Shown here: piece after piece, positions 51,701 to 64,000 of the stretch
Position numbering within the stretch: position 1 is the stretch's first letter
How the letters are laid out: every line of letters begins with the position of its first letter
Assembly (NCBI GenBank): GCA_012026655.1
Contig: JAAILG010001201.1
Location: 1 to 64,000, forward strand
Direction of reading: 5' to 3'
From: Hydrolagus affinis
Taxonomy: Eukaryota
Length of the DNA stretch: 64,000 nt
Notes under the pieces: generated by a model
What the model was told of the DNA's origin: nothing
Databases searched by the model: none
The model's input: the letters and a program-made list of their open reading frames with translations, nothing else
Translations under genes and position numbers: made by a program

Positions 51701-51847
51701 AAAGAATGGTATTAAAGCGCCTAATACCATTTTCATGTTCATTTTCATGTTCTATACATTTTCATTTTTGTATCTGCTTTTTAATCTACCAGACTATAAA
51801 CTCATCCATTTAGCCTAATTGAAATGTCTACAAACTTCACAGATTTT

Positions 51848-52050
51848 AACAACAACAACATAATTACACTTGTATAGCGCTTTTCATGGCGGGAGGACAT
51901 CCCAAGGCGCTGGACAATCACTGTGTCAGACCCGAGCTGGGGACGGGGTGGGGAGGGGAAGGAAGGGGGCGATTAGGAGTTGCTGATGGGACCATCGAAG
52001 AGGAGAGTTTTGAGGTGGGACTTGAAGGAGGCCAGGGAGGGGGCGAGGCA
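51848..52050 (-). mobile_element. L2 LINE 3' end
   Basis: (CAA)n followed by ttgtatagcgcttttcatggcgggaggacatcccaaggcgctgg. Confidence 0.75.
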
Positions 52051-54694
52051 AGTTTTAAGAGCATGAAACTGGACACCGGGCTATGTAGCTGAAGGAATCG
52101 TACTTTAGAACATCTAAATTGCTAAATTTTATGGTGATAGAGTAGAAAAAGATTTATTCAATGGGACTTTTATCTACACAATTATTTGCAAAGTAATTCA
52201 GAAAACTGGCTTACAATTTATTTGGTGTCATAGTTGTTGATCCGGTTACATATCCAGTCATCCATTGAATGACTCAGCCATTGAATATCTGATGCATAAG
52301 AAAAGTTCAAAGGTGTCTAAAATAGACAACTGTTTATAGTGATAGTATGTGGCTGCGATTGAGTTAAAAATATCTATATCCAGAAATGGAACCGATGTTG
52401 ATTTACATCAGGTCAACAGAATCTCCTGCTTACATGACTGAGTCAATGACTGATGTCAGGATATCCTCTCATAGACAGGAAACAGTTTAAAAGTTTGTAT
52501 AGTAAAAGTGAAAAGGAAGAACACTGCCCTGAAAGTTCTCTTTCTCCCACGTAATCATGGTTTCCTTTTAAATATCAATATTTCAAGATGTCGTGGAACC
52601 TGATTATGTAAATCAAAATTTTAACTATAATAAACATAGTAATTAAGCATCTATACAGTGTTTTCAGGTTTTTATAATCCTGTTTTCAATCATATTCAGG
52701 CACTGATAGTAGTATAATATCTTGAAATGTTATTGCAGCATTTAATTCATTATGATTCAATTTAACCAGTTGCTAAAAACAAGGTACTCAGCATGTCATC
52801 ACACGAGTTCTCCTTTGGGAGAACACCTGCTCAGTCACTTTATCTTATAAATGATTACTTGCCTGATACAGTATTATTGTACTATGATTTTGCTTTAAGG
52901 CCTTCAGCACTCTGAAGCCAAAATATTTAAATGTTGTGCATGTTGAGGCTTGGGAAGTAGCTTATTGATTAACCAATATAGTGAAGCTTACCCATTATCA
53001 TATCATTTTGTGTCAAAGTATATTTTCGGTAAAATTCCAAAGCTGTGCAACTTTTTCCATTTGTTTTACTGAGTCTGTAGTTATTTCATTACCAAACCCA
53101 CTATATGCAGAATTTTTCATGTTATCAGATCTCATTTTATCTTTGAGGGTGATTTTCCTGATTCAAAGACGACATTGCTGGGTTCACAAGCTGCAGAACC
53201 TAATCACTCAACATGACACTTCTTCTTCCTAGTCTCACCAACAAGATAGTAATCTTTTACTCAGTGCTTTATTATAAAGTACAATATTGGACTGACAGTC
53301 ACCTGTTTCTTGAGTGTTTTTAGGTGACAACAAAAAAACTGTACAAGCTGATTTTGTTTTACATTTTATTTTTACAATTTACATATAGCTGGAGTTGGAA
53401 GAGCATCATTGGTTAGTAGAGTTACCTTTATTGAGTGACATGAGATACCTGGGGATGCATTCTGCACATATGCTGTAATTTGAAAATGTATCATTCAAAA
53501 CGTTCAAACAGCATAGAAACAGGACTTGTGGACTATTTAGACCGAGTGTGGTTGTCAACACTCCTGATGCAGTGGTGCTACTCCTTCTATTATGTATGTA
53601 GAAGAACTCTACTCCCACCACCATGAATAAAACAATAAGAATAGGGTAAACATTAGTGAAGAACAGCAATTTTGCGGTACATCCTGAATGCTTTGGGGCT
53701 TCAGGAGTTAATTCTTTCACTATTGTCCTAAAATGCAATTTAGCTGACAAGTTTACTTCTGCAAAGTTGCTATTTCAGGAGCCTGAATGACTAATATAAT
53801 ATTGTGAAAGGATATTTGTTATAGAATAAACAAAAATTTCAAACATTCTATTCACTTCAGAATTTGGCTCAGACCCAAGAACACATTTACGAGAGGGTAA
53901 CTGTTTGCAGAGTGTTGACTAGAGATGTTTTGAAGCAGCTCTATAATAGTTCCTACAGCTGTTAGCAGTTCATGGAATAATGGTAACATTATTTATCACT
54001 ATTTAAATGTGGATGACTTACATTTCAGAGAAGTCAGACTCAGAGAATGTCAGGATTTTTCTGAAACATTTCCAATGAGGTCTGCAATAAACTGTGAAAT
54101 AATTTCTTTTCATTGGCAAAATTAGCATGCAATGCATTATTTTGCTGTAATTACTTATGGTTCTTTATAAAGGTTTTCTTTGTGCAAGTGTAAGTACAGC
54201 TATGTACTGTTTTGGTATTGTAATCTGGATTCTTCTAAACTGTTCTTGTTTTGGTCCACAGTGAAATTCAGCCTGGTGAGCTTGAACATTGTCGATGCAA
54301 TTTTCTTAAGTCAAACTATGTCAAAAATGCTGAAGTAATACAAATTCATAGGACAGTTGAGTGATAAAGGACTTGAATGTCCTAAAGAAGATGGTGAGTG
54401 ACACACAAAGGTACAAATATTTGTCCTTCACATTTAGCCATTATATTGCTTAAAATGTTTAACTTGTTACGGTTGTTTCCCAAGTAATTTTATCAGGATG
54501 AAGCTAGATTGGATCGTGAAGATGTAGGTTAAACAAATGTAGTCCTTTAGAACATATCAAATTGTTTTCTGCATCAGATTTACTGGTTTTCATGTCTATA
54601 ACTTACTACTGCAGAATTATAAAATCACTTTATCAAGAAATGAAACGCTTCATTTGTGGAGTATCAAAGTCTGTGTTTTTATATGCCAACACAA

Positions 54695-54940
54695 TAATAA
54701 TCTGTGCATTTGATATTGTGCCTTTAATGTCAAAACATCTCAAAGTTTTTTTTTACAGGTAATTGTTGTCAAGTGCAGTGATGTGTGTATTTGTGGGCAG
54801 ATGCAGCAGCTAATTTGTGCAGAGCTATATCCCACAAATAATCATGAAGTGAATGATGAATTTATCTGGAGGAATGTTGTCCAGAACAGTGTGAGAAACT
54901 CCTTCACATTTCAGATAGTGTCATGGGATTTTTACCATCC
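54695..54940 (-). mobile_element. Older Deu-domain-like SINE fragment
   Basis: aataataatctgtgcatttgata tail and atagtgtcatgggatttttac central block. Confidence 0.6.
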
Positions 54941-55589
54941 CTATAATGTCTGTTTCAGCTGTAGAACTCAAACCTCTAAAATGCTGATTTAGAGGATGCG
55001 GGATTATGAACCAACCCAAGTGAACATGAGTGACAGACACCAACATGCTGTGTGGAATGCTATCCCTATAGAAATTCTAAATTGCTTGTCTTAACTACAA
55101 TAACAAACAAATAAATAAGGAAAAACACAGCACAACACAAAGGTCAGCCATCTTTGCTTCAGGTTAACAAATGTATCAAGTAGCAGTGTACTATTAGCGC
55201 CTTGGGACGTCCTCCCGACTTGAGAGGCACTCTATAAATGTAATCTGGTTGCTGTTTGTTGTTGTTACCTTCAATACCTGCCTGCTTACAAGATTGGGTA
55301 TAACACAGCATAACAGATTTCCATCATCTGGTCAAGGAAACAGAACTAGAATCTCCTTTCTCATATACGATCCTATACAATCCGATAATCGAATCCAACT
55401 TCCTGCCCCACACTCTGCAACGTAGTTTCTCTTCAGATAGTTATCTAATTTCCTTTCAAATGTTTTATGTATGAATAAAATGCAGAATGGTAAACTATCC
55501 ACAGCCTTCAGTACATTGTTCTCATTGCCAATAATCTGTAGCAAATCAGTAAATCCAGCTGGAGGGGAGTCAGATGATATCAGTGTAGA

Positions 55590-55775
55590 TGGGAGCCAGA
55601 CCAGAAAATTCTCAGGTTTGGTTCCTAGTTTGTGCTGAGTTAGCTGATCTCAGCTGGAACTCCACAATTGACGTCAGTACCTCTCTGGGTTAAGGGAGAA
55701 GAAAATAGGTTTTTGCTGGAAAGTGTGTGAATATGGAGATTGGATGAGAATGGGAACATGCTCAGCTGTAATACC
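55590..55775 (+). mobile_element. Ancient SINE-like repeat (same family as 41720-41960)
   Basis: gtgctgagttagctgatctcagc...ctgggttaaggga block. Confidence 0.5.
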
Positions 55776-56746
55776 CTATGGATCCATAGATTCCTGACAT
55801 TCACTGTGTGGACTCACATGTGACGAATAGACACTTAGGGTGAAATAGCAAAGGTAGACGCTAACAATTGAGCTGTATCTTCTCCAAAGAGATACATGGA
55901 ATTGTTTAAGGAGATTAGAGGAAAAGATTGAGGAATAAAAATAAGTTGAATTGATTAACAAATATCAATGTATAAGAAAAAAAACTGCTGGCTGGATGGT
56001 TTACTGGATTGAAGATACTTTTGATTTTCACTGTGTACTGCTGCCACTTCTGCTAAATAATAATGCTCATTGCTGGATTGTAAAATATTTGACTACATCT
56101 ATGATCATTGCTAAAAATAATCAGACGCTTGACTTCTGTAAGTTATTTAGCTTAACTATGACCCTCTATTGTAGAAAATGCAAGCTTTACATTAGAGATT
56201 AGGGAAACTATGGTATAGCAAACAGGAGGGGTTGATAAGATCAAGAAGTGGGTTGCTTAAAAGGAGGGGCTCTGCCGAGTGTTTGACATTAACTCACTCC
56301 CAACGCCAGAGCCCCTGGAACACCACGAAATGAGGTTCTAATCTCTCACAAAAAAGAAAGCTCAGCAGGATAACAGAGGTGTTTCAAGATGTCAAGAAGA
56401 CTGCATAGAGATTATACTCAAGCCCTGTGCTTGCAGAGACGATGGAGGAGAGACTCCCACCATGGGATCCTAATACCTAATCTTAGAGGATTTCTATTTA
56501 ATTTTAAACCAGTGCCCTCTGGGTCTCTTGTCATTGATTAAGTGAAATAGCTTACTTTTACCTTCATCAAGGTTTTGCATCATTTAAAAGTGTTTAAATA
56601 TCATGTATGCAGAACCCAAGAAAATATTTACCGTATGAAGTCTTTGACATACATTTTCAAGCCCTCTACAGGGTAACCAAAATGTCATGATATCTACCCT
56701 ATTACCTAGAAGAAACCAAAATATCACAATTTCGTTAAGACTTATT

Positions 56747-57099
56747 GAATCCTGTAGTGCAGTGGTTAGAGCACTTGAGGCGTGGTTTTGATTCCCGGCA
56801 GGGCGAAACATTGGGCAAGTTTCTTTACTCCACACACTCATTTTTTTCTGAGCAATAAATAGGAACTCAGTTGGCTAGTCAATTGGCTGATCGCTTTTCT
56901 GGCGATAATAATCCCTGAAAAAAAGAATAATTGGTCACTGAATCCACAACTGTTTGTGGGACACTGCTGTGCGCAATTGGCTGCCACATTTTGCCCACAA
57001 ATGTACAGTCAATTTACTTTACAGTATATTTTATGAAGTGCTTTGAGACATCTAATAGTTGTGATAAGTGCTGTATCAAATGCAAGAATTATTATTATT
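56747..57099 (+). mobile_element. tRNA-derived SINE with ~65 bp internal insertion
   Basis: Family head, body and tail, with extra sequence at ~56840-56903. Confidence 0.88.
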
Positions 57100-57769
57100 T
57101 AAGGCCTTAACATGACTTTTGGGTCCCCCTGTATTTTCCCCTTGCTATACATTTACCTCTTGCTTTTTGCAAGTTGCATTTCAGGCTTTTAAATAGACTT
57201 ATTTTAAGTTGTTGGAAAGAAATTATTGGTTTTCATAACATGTTCAACATGATAATTATCATGTAATTCCCCCCTCCCCTATCTCTTAGTTGCACTGTGA
57301 GGCAAAGTGTACTGATAGTAATATAGATAACTGTGTAGGGAAAAATTCAAGAATCACAGTAGGGCAATAAATCATGAGAAATCTGTAAGTTTTCTCAGTC
57401 TCAGCAGAGTAACTTACTGCACAAGTAAGCTAACCTTTCCGTAAGTCTAACCTTTCCATTTCCCACATTAACCATCCTTATTAGCCCTTTGAGATTGGAA
57501 ATGTGTGTTGAATTATGGACAGTTTTATCCTTACACCCCTGGGGACTGAGATATGACTGTTCAAAATATAGGATCCTTGTAGAATTCAGAAAGGAAACAG
57601 TTGTTCATTCCATTAGTCATGCCTGGAGTCAAATCCAGGCCCATTGGTGAAAAGTCAAGATCTTTAACCATTGTGTTATTCAGTTTCCTTGACTGATTAG
57701 ATTTTCGAAAAAAATGTATCACGTTGTTTATGCACATATAATTTGGATTGTTTTTGACTTGCGCTTGAC

Positions 57770-58033
57770 CTGGAAATCCATCCCACAGTCCCTTTTCCTA
57801 GCTCTGTTACTTGCCTCCTTCCAAGCCCATCTCAAGACTCTCCTTCCACTTTGACCACACTTTTGGTCACCACCCTGTAGCTCAGTGGTTAGAGCATTCA
57901 TTTTACAAGCGAAAGACCTGGGTTTGATTCCTAGCAGGGCGAAATCATGGTCAAGTTTCCTTACTCCACATGTCTGATAATAATGCTTTAAGAAAAGAGA
58001 ACAAAAATAATAAATTGGTCACTTCAATCCACA
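57770..58033 (+). mobile_element. L2 fragment fused to SINE 5' half
   Basis: L2-like ctggaaatccatccc...catctcaagactctcc up to ~57873, then cctgtagctcagtggttagagca. Confidence 0.75.
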
Positions 58034-59330
58034 TAAAGTTGGTACTGATTTCTCCTACCACAGGGACATGATCAAATAAGAGGAATTTGCAGTGTATCAG
58101 TTATTGGACTTGATTTGCTTTTCATTAGTGCGATCAAAAGTGTGCATATAGAGAAAGTAAAAGATAGCTTTTATTTTAATACCCACTTTAGTGTCTTCCA
58201 ATAGTACTTAGTCATTTACTGTAGCACTATGCACTGTACAGTGTCACTTTTTAAAAAATATATAAAAACACGTTTTTCGACAAGTTATCAAAAGACATGT
58301 TTCTTTTACTTGAAAGCTTTTCACACTTGACTTGTAAAGCGAAACTCTATTTTTACGGTTTTAAAAATTGTCACCTTTCATTCATCAATCATGTCACAAA
58401 AGATATTGATTCACAGAGTTTACACCTTGTATATTTGTTGTTTGTTTGAAATTTGAAGCGAGCACAGTAAGATATTCTGTGGTTTGTAAACATGAACACA
58501 ATTAATACATTTGATCAGTCAAGAAAATGGAAGATGGACATGTCTTGAGATTCAGGTTTATGCTGAGCTCGATAGAAAGTAATTGCATGTCACTTTTCAC
58601 CAAGGTTGAGAAGTTGTGCTTTCTTTTTAATGCTAAGTAGCTTAATTGGTATGATAATTTCCCCTTGTAGCTGGGAACTGTCCCTGTCGCCTGAGTTAAA
58701 GTTCCTGAAGGTAGTTAGACATCAAGGATGGGACAGTGTGGAGAAGGGGCCCCTCAGGGGGTTTCTGCCTTTGTAATAAAAATGATTTATGAGACAGGAA
58801 CTCTGTTAGAAGCTGAGGAGTACATGACAGAGAGGATAATATGGGAGAAAACATCGTCTTCAAAACTGAGACTGATGGTGTTGTCCTGTCTGACTCTTAT
58901 TGTTATTTACGACGGCTGAAATGAGCCTTCTTACGAACAACTTCATTTAATGGCAGATTACATATGCTAAGATACAGTTTCCTCAGTGGTAGCTTTCCAT
59001 CTATGAGTCAGTTGTTGATGAGAATTAAGGGACTCATTGTGGGTTTGGCATTAATTTGGTTAGATTCCTTGTGTTTCCTAGATTTCATTGAGATGCAAGC
59101 AAGCACTATTTCTAACTCTGAATCAGCTTTTAAAAGTTAAAAAAATTATGAGCACAGTCAGAAATATTCACAATGTAATGAAGCTCACCAAGGTTGATTT
59201 ATTGTATACCATCAAACTATTAAATATGTGCAACAGACTTGTCAAATCCTTAATACTGTTAATTGAATCATTTAATATAGAAGTAGATGCATAGCTGGTT
59301 ATGAAAGTGACTGAGGTTTATAAAGATTGT

Positions 59331-59650
59331 GGAGCTCCTGTAGCTCAGTGGTTGGATCACTTGCCTTGCAAGCGTGAGACCTGTGGTCGAATCCAGGCAG
59401 ATCAGGGCGAAACCTTGGGCAAGTTTCCTTATTCCACAGGCCTAATAATAATCCGTCCAAAAAAACCACAATAATAAAAATTGGTCATTTTCAATCCACG
59501 TCTGTTTGTGGGACAATGTTGTGCGCAATTGGATGTCGCATTCGCCCACAAATATACAGTCAATTCACTTTACAATATATTCCGTGAAGGGCTTTGGACA
59601 TTGATAAGATGTGAAAAGCTCAAATGCAACGATTATTATATTATTATTAT
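59331..59650 (+). mobile_element. tRNA-derived SINE, full length
   Basis: ggagctcctgtagctcagtgg head, family body, (TTA)n tail. Confidence 0.9.
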
Positions 59651-59975
59651 AACAACAATAATGTTACATTTAAAGTTGGGGTGACGTCCCAAGGTGCAGG
59701 ACTATCAGGGATTTGCACTCAAGCTGGGATCGGAATCAAGAGCGGTGGAAGGCAAGAGTGGCGGAGCTGGGAGGATGATCAAAAGCACAGGCAAAAAGCA
59801 CATGTCTTAAGACATGCCTTGAAGGAGTCAAAGGAGCGGGCAAGGTGATGGGACTCCAGGATGGAGTTCTAGAGGGTGTGGCAGAAAGGTTAAAGGCTCG
59901 ACCACCAATGGTGGGGAGGGCCGGGTGGGGCATATGGAGCAGGCCACTGCCTGCCGAGCAGATGGAGCGGCAGGT
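59651..59975 (-). mobile_element. L2 LINE 3' fragment
   Basis: Tail motif. The minus-strand translation PTIGGRAFNLSA resembles L2 GxRAFSxxAP. Confidence 0.75.
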
Positions 59976-62900
59976 TGGTAAGATGTCTCAAAGCACTTCA
60001 CAAGATATATTGTACAAATGGATTGACTTTGTATTTTGTGAGCGACATGCGGCATTCATGGAATTAGTGGCCAATTTTTTTAAATAGTTTATATTATGGT
60101 GATATCTGCGGAAGATAACATACAGGAAATTGTATTACATTATATAATGATAGATTGGTATCATGGATGTTATTATTTGATTGTCTTTGGAGTGATGTGG
60201 AGAATTCTGAAAGTTCTGTTTTACTTGTGGTTATTGACATCCCTCAAGAGATCAAATTAGAGGCATATTTATAGCAAAATAAATTGAGCTTTTTATCTTG
60301 ATATGAGCCCACATAATAGGATGATTTTTTTGTTCATGCTTTCTTTTGTTTTTAAGACTGTAGGCATCATCCTTAAACTAAACTGACATATAAATCACTC
60401 GGAGATTCTACCCGGCGTGGAGGGCGCTATATACAAGTTGTTGTGTTACTAAAGAGAATAACACAAATGCTTCAGTTATCCATTCAGACATTAGCTCACA
60501 TGGGTTAGAACATGATTGATCTCCAGGTCTTATTGATGGGCCAGATAGGTTGCTGAACATTAACAAAGTAAACTTGTGTGTTCAGAGCCAGTTCAGTTCC
60601 AGGAAGACCCTGCTCAGCTTTGCTTTTCTTTGTTTACTTTTACAGTGTTTATTCTGTTCAAAACCACCAAATGCAAATTGTATCTGGGTCAGGGAGTTAG
60701 TTTAATATTAATGAAGATGCCGTATCAAGTTAGAGACTGAATATTGTTCAGAAAGGTTGCAGTGAATGCCAAATATTTGGAAGATTTTTAAAAATGAAAT
60801 GAATTCCATGAATAATGAAATGATAATGCTTAGAAACATTGAGGATTTTTTTAATCTTGTAGAAAAGTTTTCTGATTCTTTTTGTGAGTTATCATTAGGT
60901 TAAAGAAAAACATGACTAATAATAATCTCACTCAAACTTGTAATTCAAATTATGGAAAATAGTTTGGAGCATGATAATTTTGTTTTAGTTCCATCAGATT
61001 TGTGGTCAGATTTCATAAGACTGAATTTCAAGTACAAACATGAGTTGAGTGATATAAACCATGAAACTTTACTGAAATTGATCAACCCACTGAGTTTCTT
61101 TCCAGACATTGCAGTGCTGCCATGGTAGGTGCTGAATGAAAAACAATCACTTCCCGACAAGCAGGGTGGGAGATCGGAGGGTGAGTCAGGTTGCATTGAT
61201 ACACTGGTGCAACTTTCAGTTCTGAGCATAGTGAGAAAATCCTCGCTGTGGTTTCATGATTGGACCGAAGAACACAATGGAGAAAATAAATCAAGTAATA
61301 GATTAAAAATAACTTTAAAACCATTTGAGAGCTGTGCAAGGAAGAATCATGTAACATGGACTTTTCTGCACAGAATAAGAACATTGAATTGGTCATATTG
61401 CGTTCATTTTTAATAAATATTTTCCTGTTGCATAGTTCAATCAGATGCAGAAATATTTAATTTTTTAAACTCCTTTCATTGGCCTATGTGTGTGTTTTGG
61501 TTAAACATATGGAACAAATGGGCTAATGTTTAAATCTGGATGGAACTGTCCTTTTATCTCAATGTCTTTTATCTCAATGTCTAAAACATTTTACTTTTCA
61601 TGTTGATGAATAGGGATTTGTTGGGAAAGAATGACCACGAGAACAACCACTTCAGTCATAATTCTACACACGGGCTCACCATGGTTTAATTTGGTGGTTT
61701 GTCTTTTCTAAACAATATAGATTGAGATCGAAGACGCAACACTTAGCAAGATTGGAAGAAACAATTCACATTAACTCTTTATAGGCAACTACTGGTGAAT
61801 ACATTGAATGTATTTGTAGACAACTATAACCAAGGAGAAATTGTCTTCTCTTATGTAGCATCATAAGGTCTTCAGTAGTCACATGGATAGAACAGGACAG
61901 GATTTTGGTTTAACAATTTATTCAAAAGACTGTATTTCTAACTGTGCAGTGCAACCTCAAACTGAACTGAAGTGTCAGACTACACAAGAAGCTCAGGTTC
62001 TGATATCAACATTTTGATCTAAAAGCAGGAATGTTACCAACAAATCCAATTTCTGTACAATAACCTACTGCATTTTTTAGATTTCGGTGCTGCAATGCTT
62101 CTTCCGTAAAGCACGGTCATTCATTTATTTCAATTTACTAGAATAATAAACATGTTTACAGTAGGAGAAGAATGCAAGGGGCATGATCCAGATCTTAAAA
62201 TGAGGAGACATCCAGATGATCCAGATGTAAGATATAATCTATTTCTTTAGATTAGTGCAAGCAGAAGAAGAAGAGGTGGATGTTGAATTGAAAGTACCAA
62301 TTGAGATAAGAGATTAGAACCCTTGTCCCCACAGAGAAGGGGATATTTGGAGCATAATCTGTTCACGGGAAACTGTTCTTAACATATCTTTGAGGAAGCT
62401 TCTATTCAGAAAGATTTTTAGCTCAACCAAATTGGAATATTGCCTGATAGATCTAGTTTATTTGTTGCCAGTGCTTGCAACACAGGTTGTTATATCTTGT
62501 GCCTACATTGGACCTTTAGTATAATACCACTAAGCACTGTGCAATATAAAAGTGGAATTGAACTGTAGTTTGGGGCTAAAGTGCCCTCTCATGGTAGTTA
62601 TTATAGCCCCTGGATAACACACAAGCCTATGGTAGCATAATTCTGTCTAGTTTCTAAGACAAATTTTCTAAAACAATGATAAAATCTTACGTTTTTGATG
62701 TACAGTATAAATAATCAACCTTCTTAATGGGAGTTATACCCTTGAGAGAATACTCTGCAGTCATTGCTCCAATTAATACATCTTTAAAAAAATTATATTG
62801 GTTGTTCTAGGTGTTTGAATACGTCAGTCTCTAGCAATCTGTGTACAGTATTTAGTTAACTGTTCATTCAAAGGAACTTTGTTTGAATTAATGCGTAAAT

Positions 62901-64000
62901 ACAAAAATTGTAATGGTTCTGAATCACTGTAATTAGTGATCACTTACACTGTAAATTTAGCAACACGTTGATATTAGAGGATTATATTCAGTTCTATTCT
63001 TGTCTGCAGTAATAACAGATGTAAGGGAAAGTAGAAAGTAATAGAAAACAAATATAAAATTAAAAAAACCCAAATCAGCAAAATTCTGGCTAAGCTGTGT
63101 ATCGGAACTCAGCTGGACTTGCAAAACCATAACAAAGGAGGGTGGTAACTTAAAAATTTAAGTCGTATCCTTGTAGACAGATGTTTTTTCAAATCAATTC
63201 AACTGGGGACAGGGTCGGAACAGGAAAATAAAAGAGACCGGATAGGCTGTAATAAAATGCCCTATAGAACAAAATGATTCTGACCTTTGGGTTAGAAGTT
63301 GTGTGATGTCCAGCTGATACTTACTTCTACCAGATATAACTTTTACACTTCAGAAACATTAGTGTGATCTGATATCTGCAATAGAGTTGTTGACCACTCC
63401 AAGTGTTGGTTGTGCATGTTTTTTTCACTTGGATTCTTCAACTTTGTTTGTATAAATTCTGGTTTGTTTCAGTATGGCTTTGTTCCAGTTCCGAATCATT
63501 AATTGAAACAACTTGTTTTTATTCTTTGTAGACAATTCGTGAAAACCACTTGCACATGTATTTACTTCCTTGGGAAATCGCTTTTAGCTTTCAAGCTTTT
63601 TTGATCTGTGCCTCGAATTTAAAATGTTCAAATTTATATGGTGAAATAAAATGCTAACATTCACATTAACATTCCACAATCTTAGATCAATGCACTGCTA
63701 TAAATTCACATTCTCGCTAATCCTCTAAGACTTGCTTTACATTTTGGAGATGAGATTCAATGTTTCTTTGGCTATTGTGTACCGTTCTTTCACCTTCACA
63801 CTTTAACGTTAAGCTTACAGACAATGATCCCATATGGTTTCAAACCAAAGACTGCTTGGGACTAAGATTTATTTTAAATAACCGTGGTTATGTATTAGGC
63901 AGTTCTCGTCAGGATCACTTAGTGGATTTGCTCATAGTCGTGAAACGTTCCAAATCATGGGGAGAATATGGAGAATTCTGTTGTCAATCTTGAAGGAAGT

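Noticed and set aside
46000-64000. Expected syntenic neighbour ZNF365 beyond ADO (and NRBF2 upstream of EGR2)
   Set aside because: No recognisable coding exons were found in the window. They probably lie outside it.

Overview
Eukaryotic, vertebrate genomic DNA. The repeat complement suggests a cartilaginous fish, possibly a chimaera/elephant-shark type; this is an inference. Two protein-coding genes are supported. EGR2/Krox20 is on the + strand in two coding exons (32319-32484 and 33082-34250, 444 aa). The intronless ADO (2-aminoethanethiol dioxygenase) is on the - strand (45321-44563, 252 aa). They lie tail-to-tail, as in mammals. EGR2 has a recognisable immediate-early promoter (Ets + CArG boxes, CRE, TATA-like). 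ADO has a CpG-rich promoter with two oppositely oriented ZNF143/THAP11-type motifs. The rest is non-coding. It holds many copies of a tRNA-derived SINE, older Deu-domain-like SINEs, L2 and CR1 fragments, hAT and Tc1/mariner-type MITEs, microsatellites and several motif-dense candidate enhancers. Most other ORFs in the track are spurious. The most unusual structure is a ~245 bp TSD-flanked insertion made of two inverted ~100 bp arms, each carrying a minimal hammerhead-ribozyme core (Penelope-like). I see no evidence for a wholly new multi-gene system. Regulatory and repeat-family calls come from reading by eye and need database confirmation.
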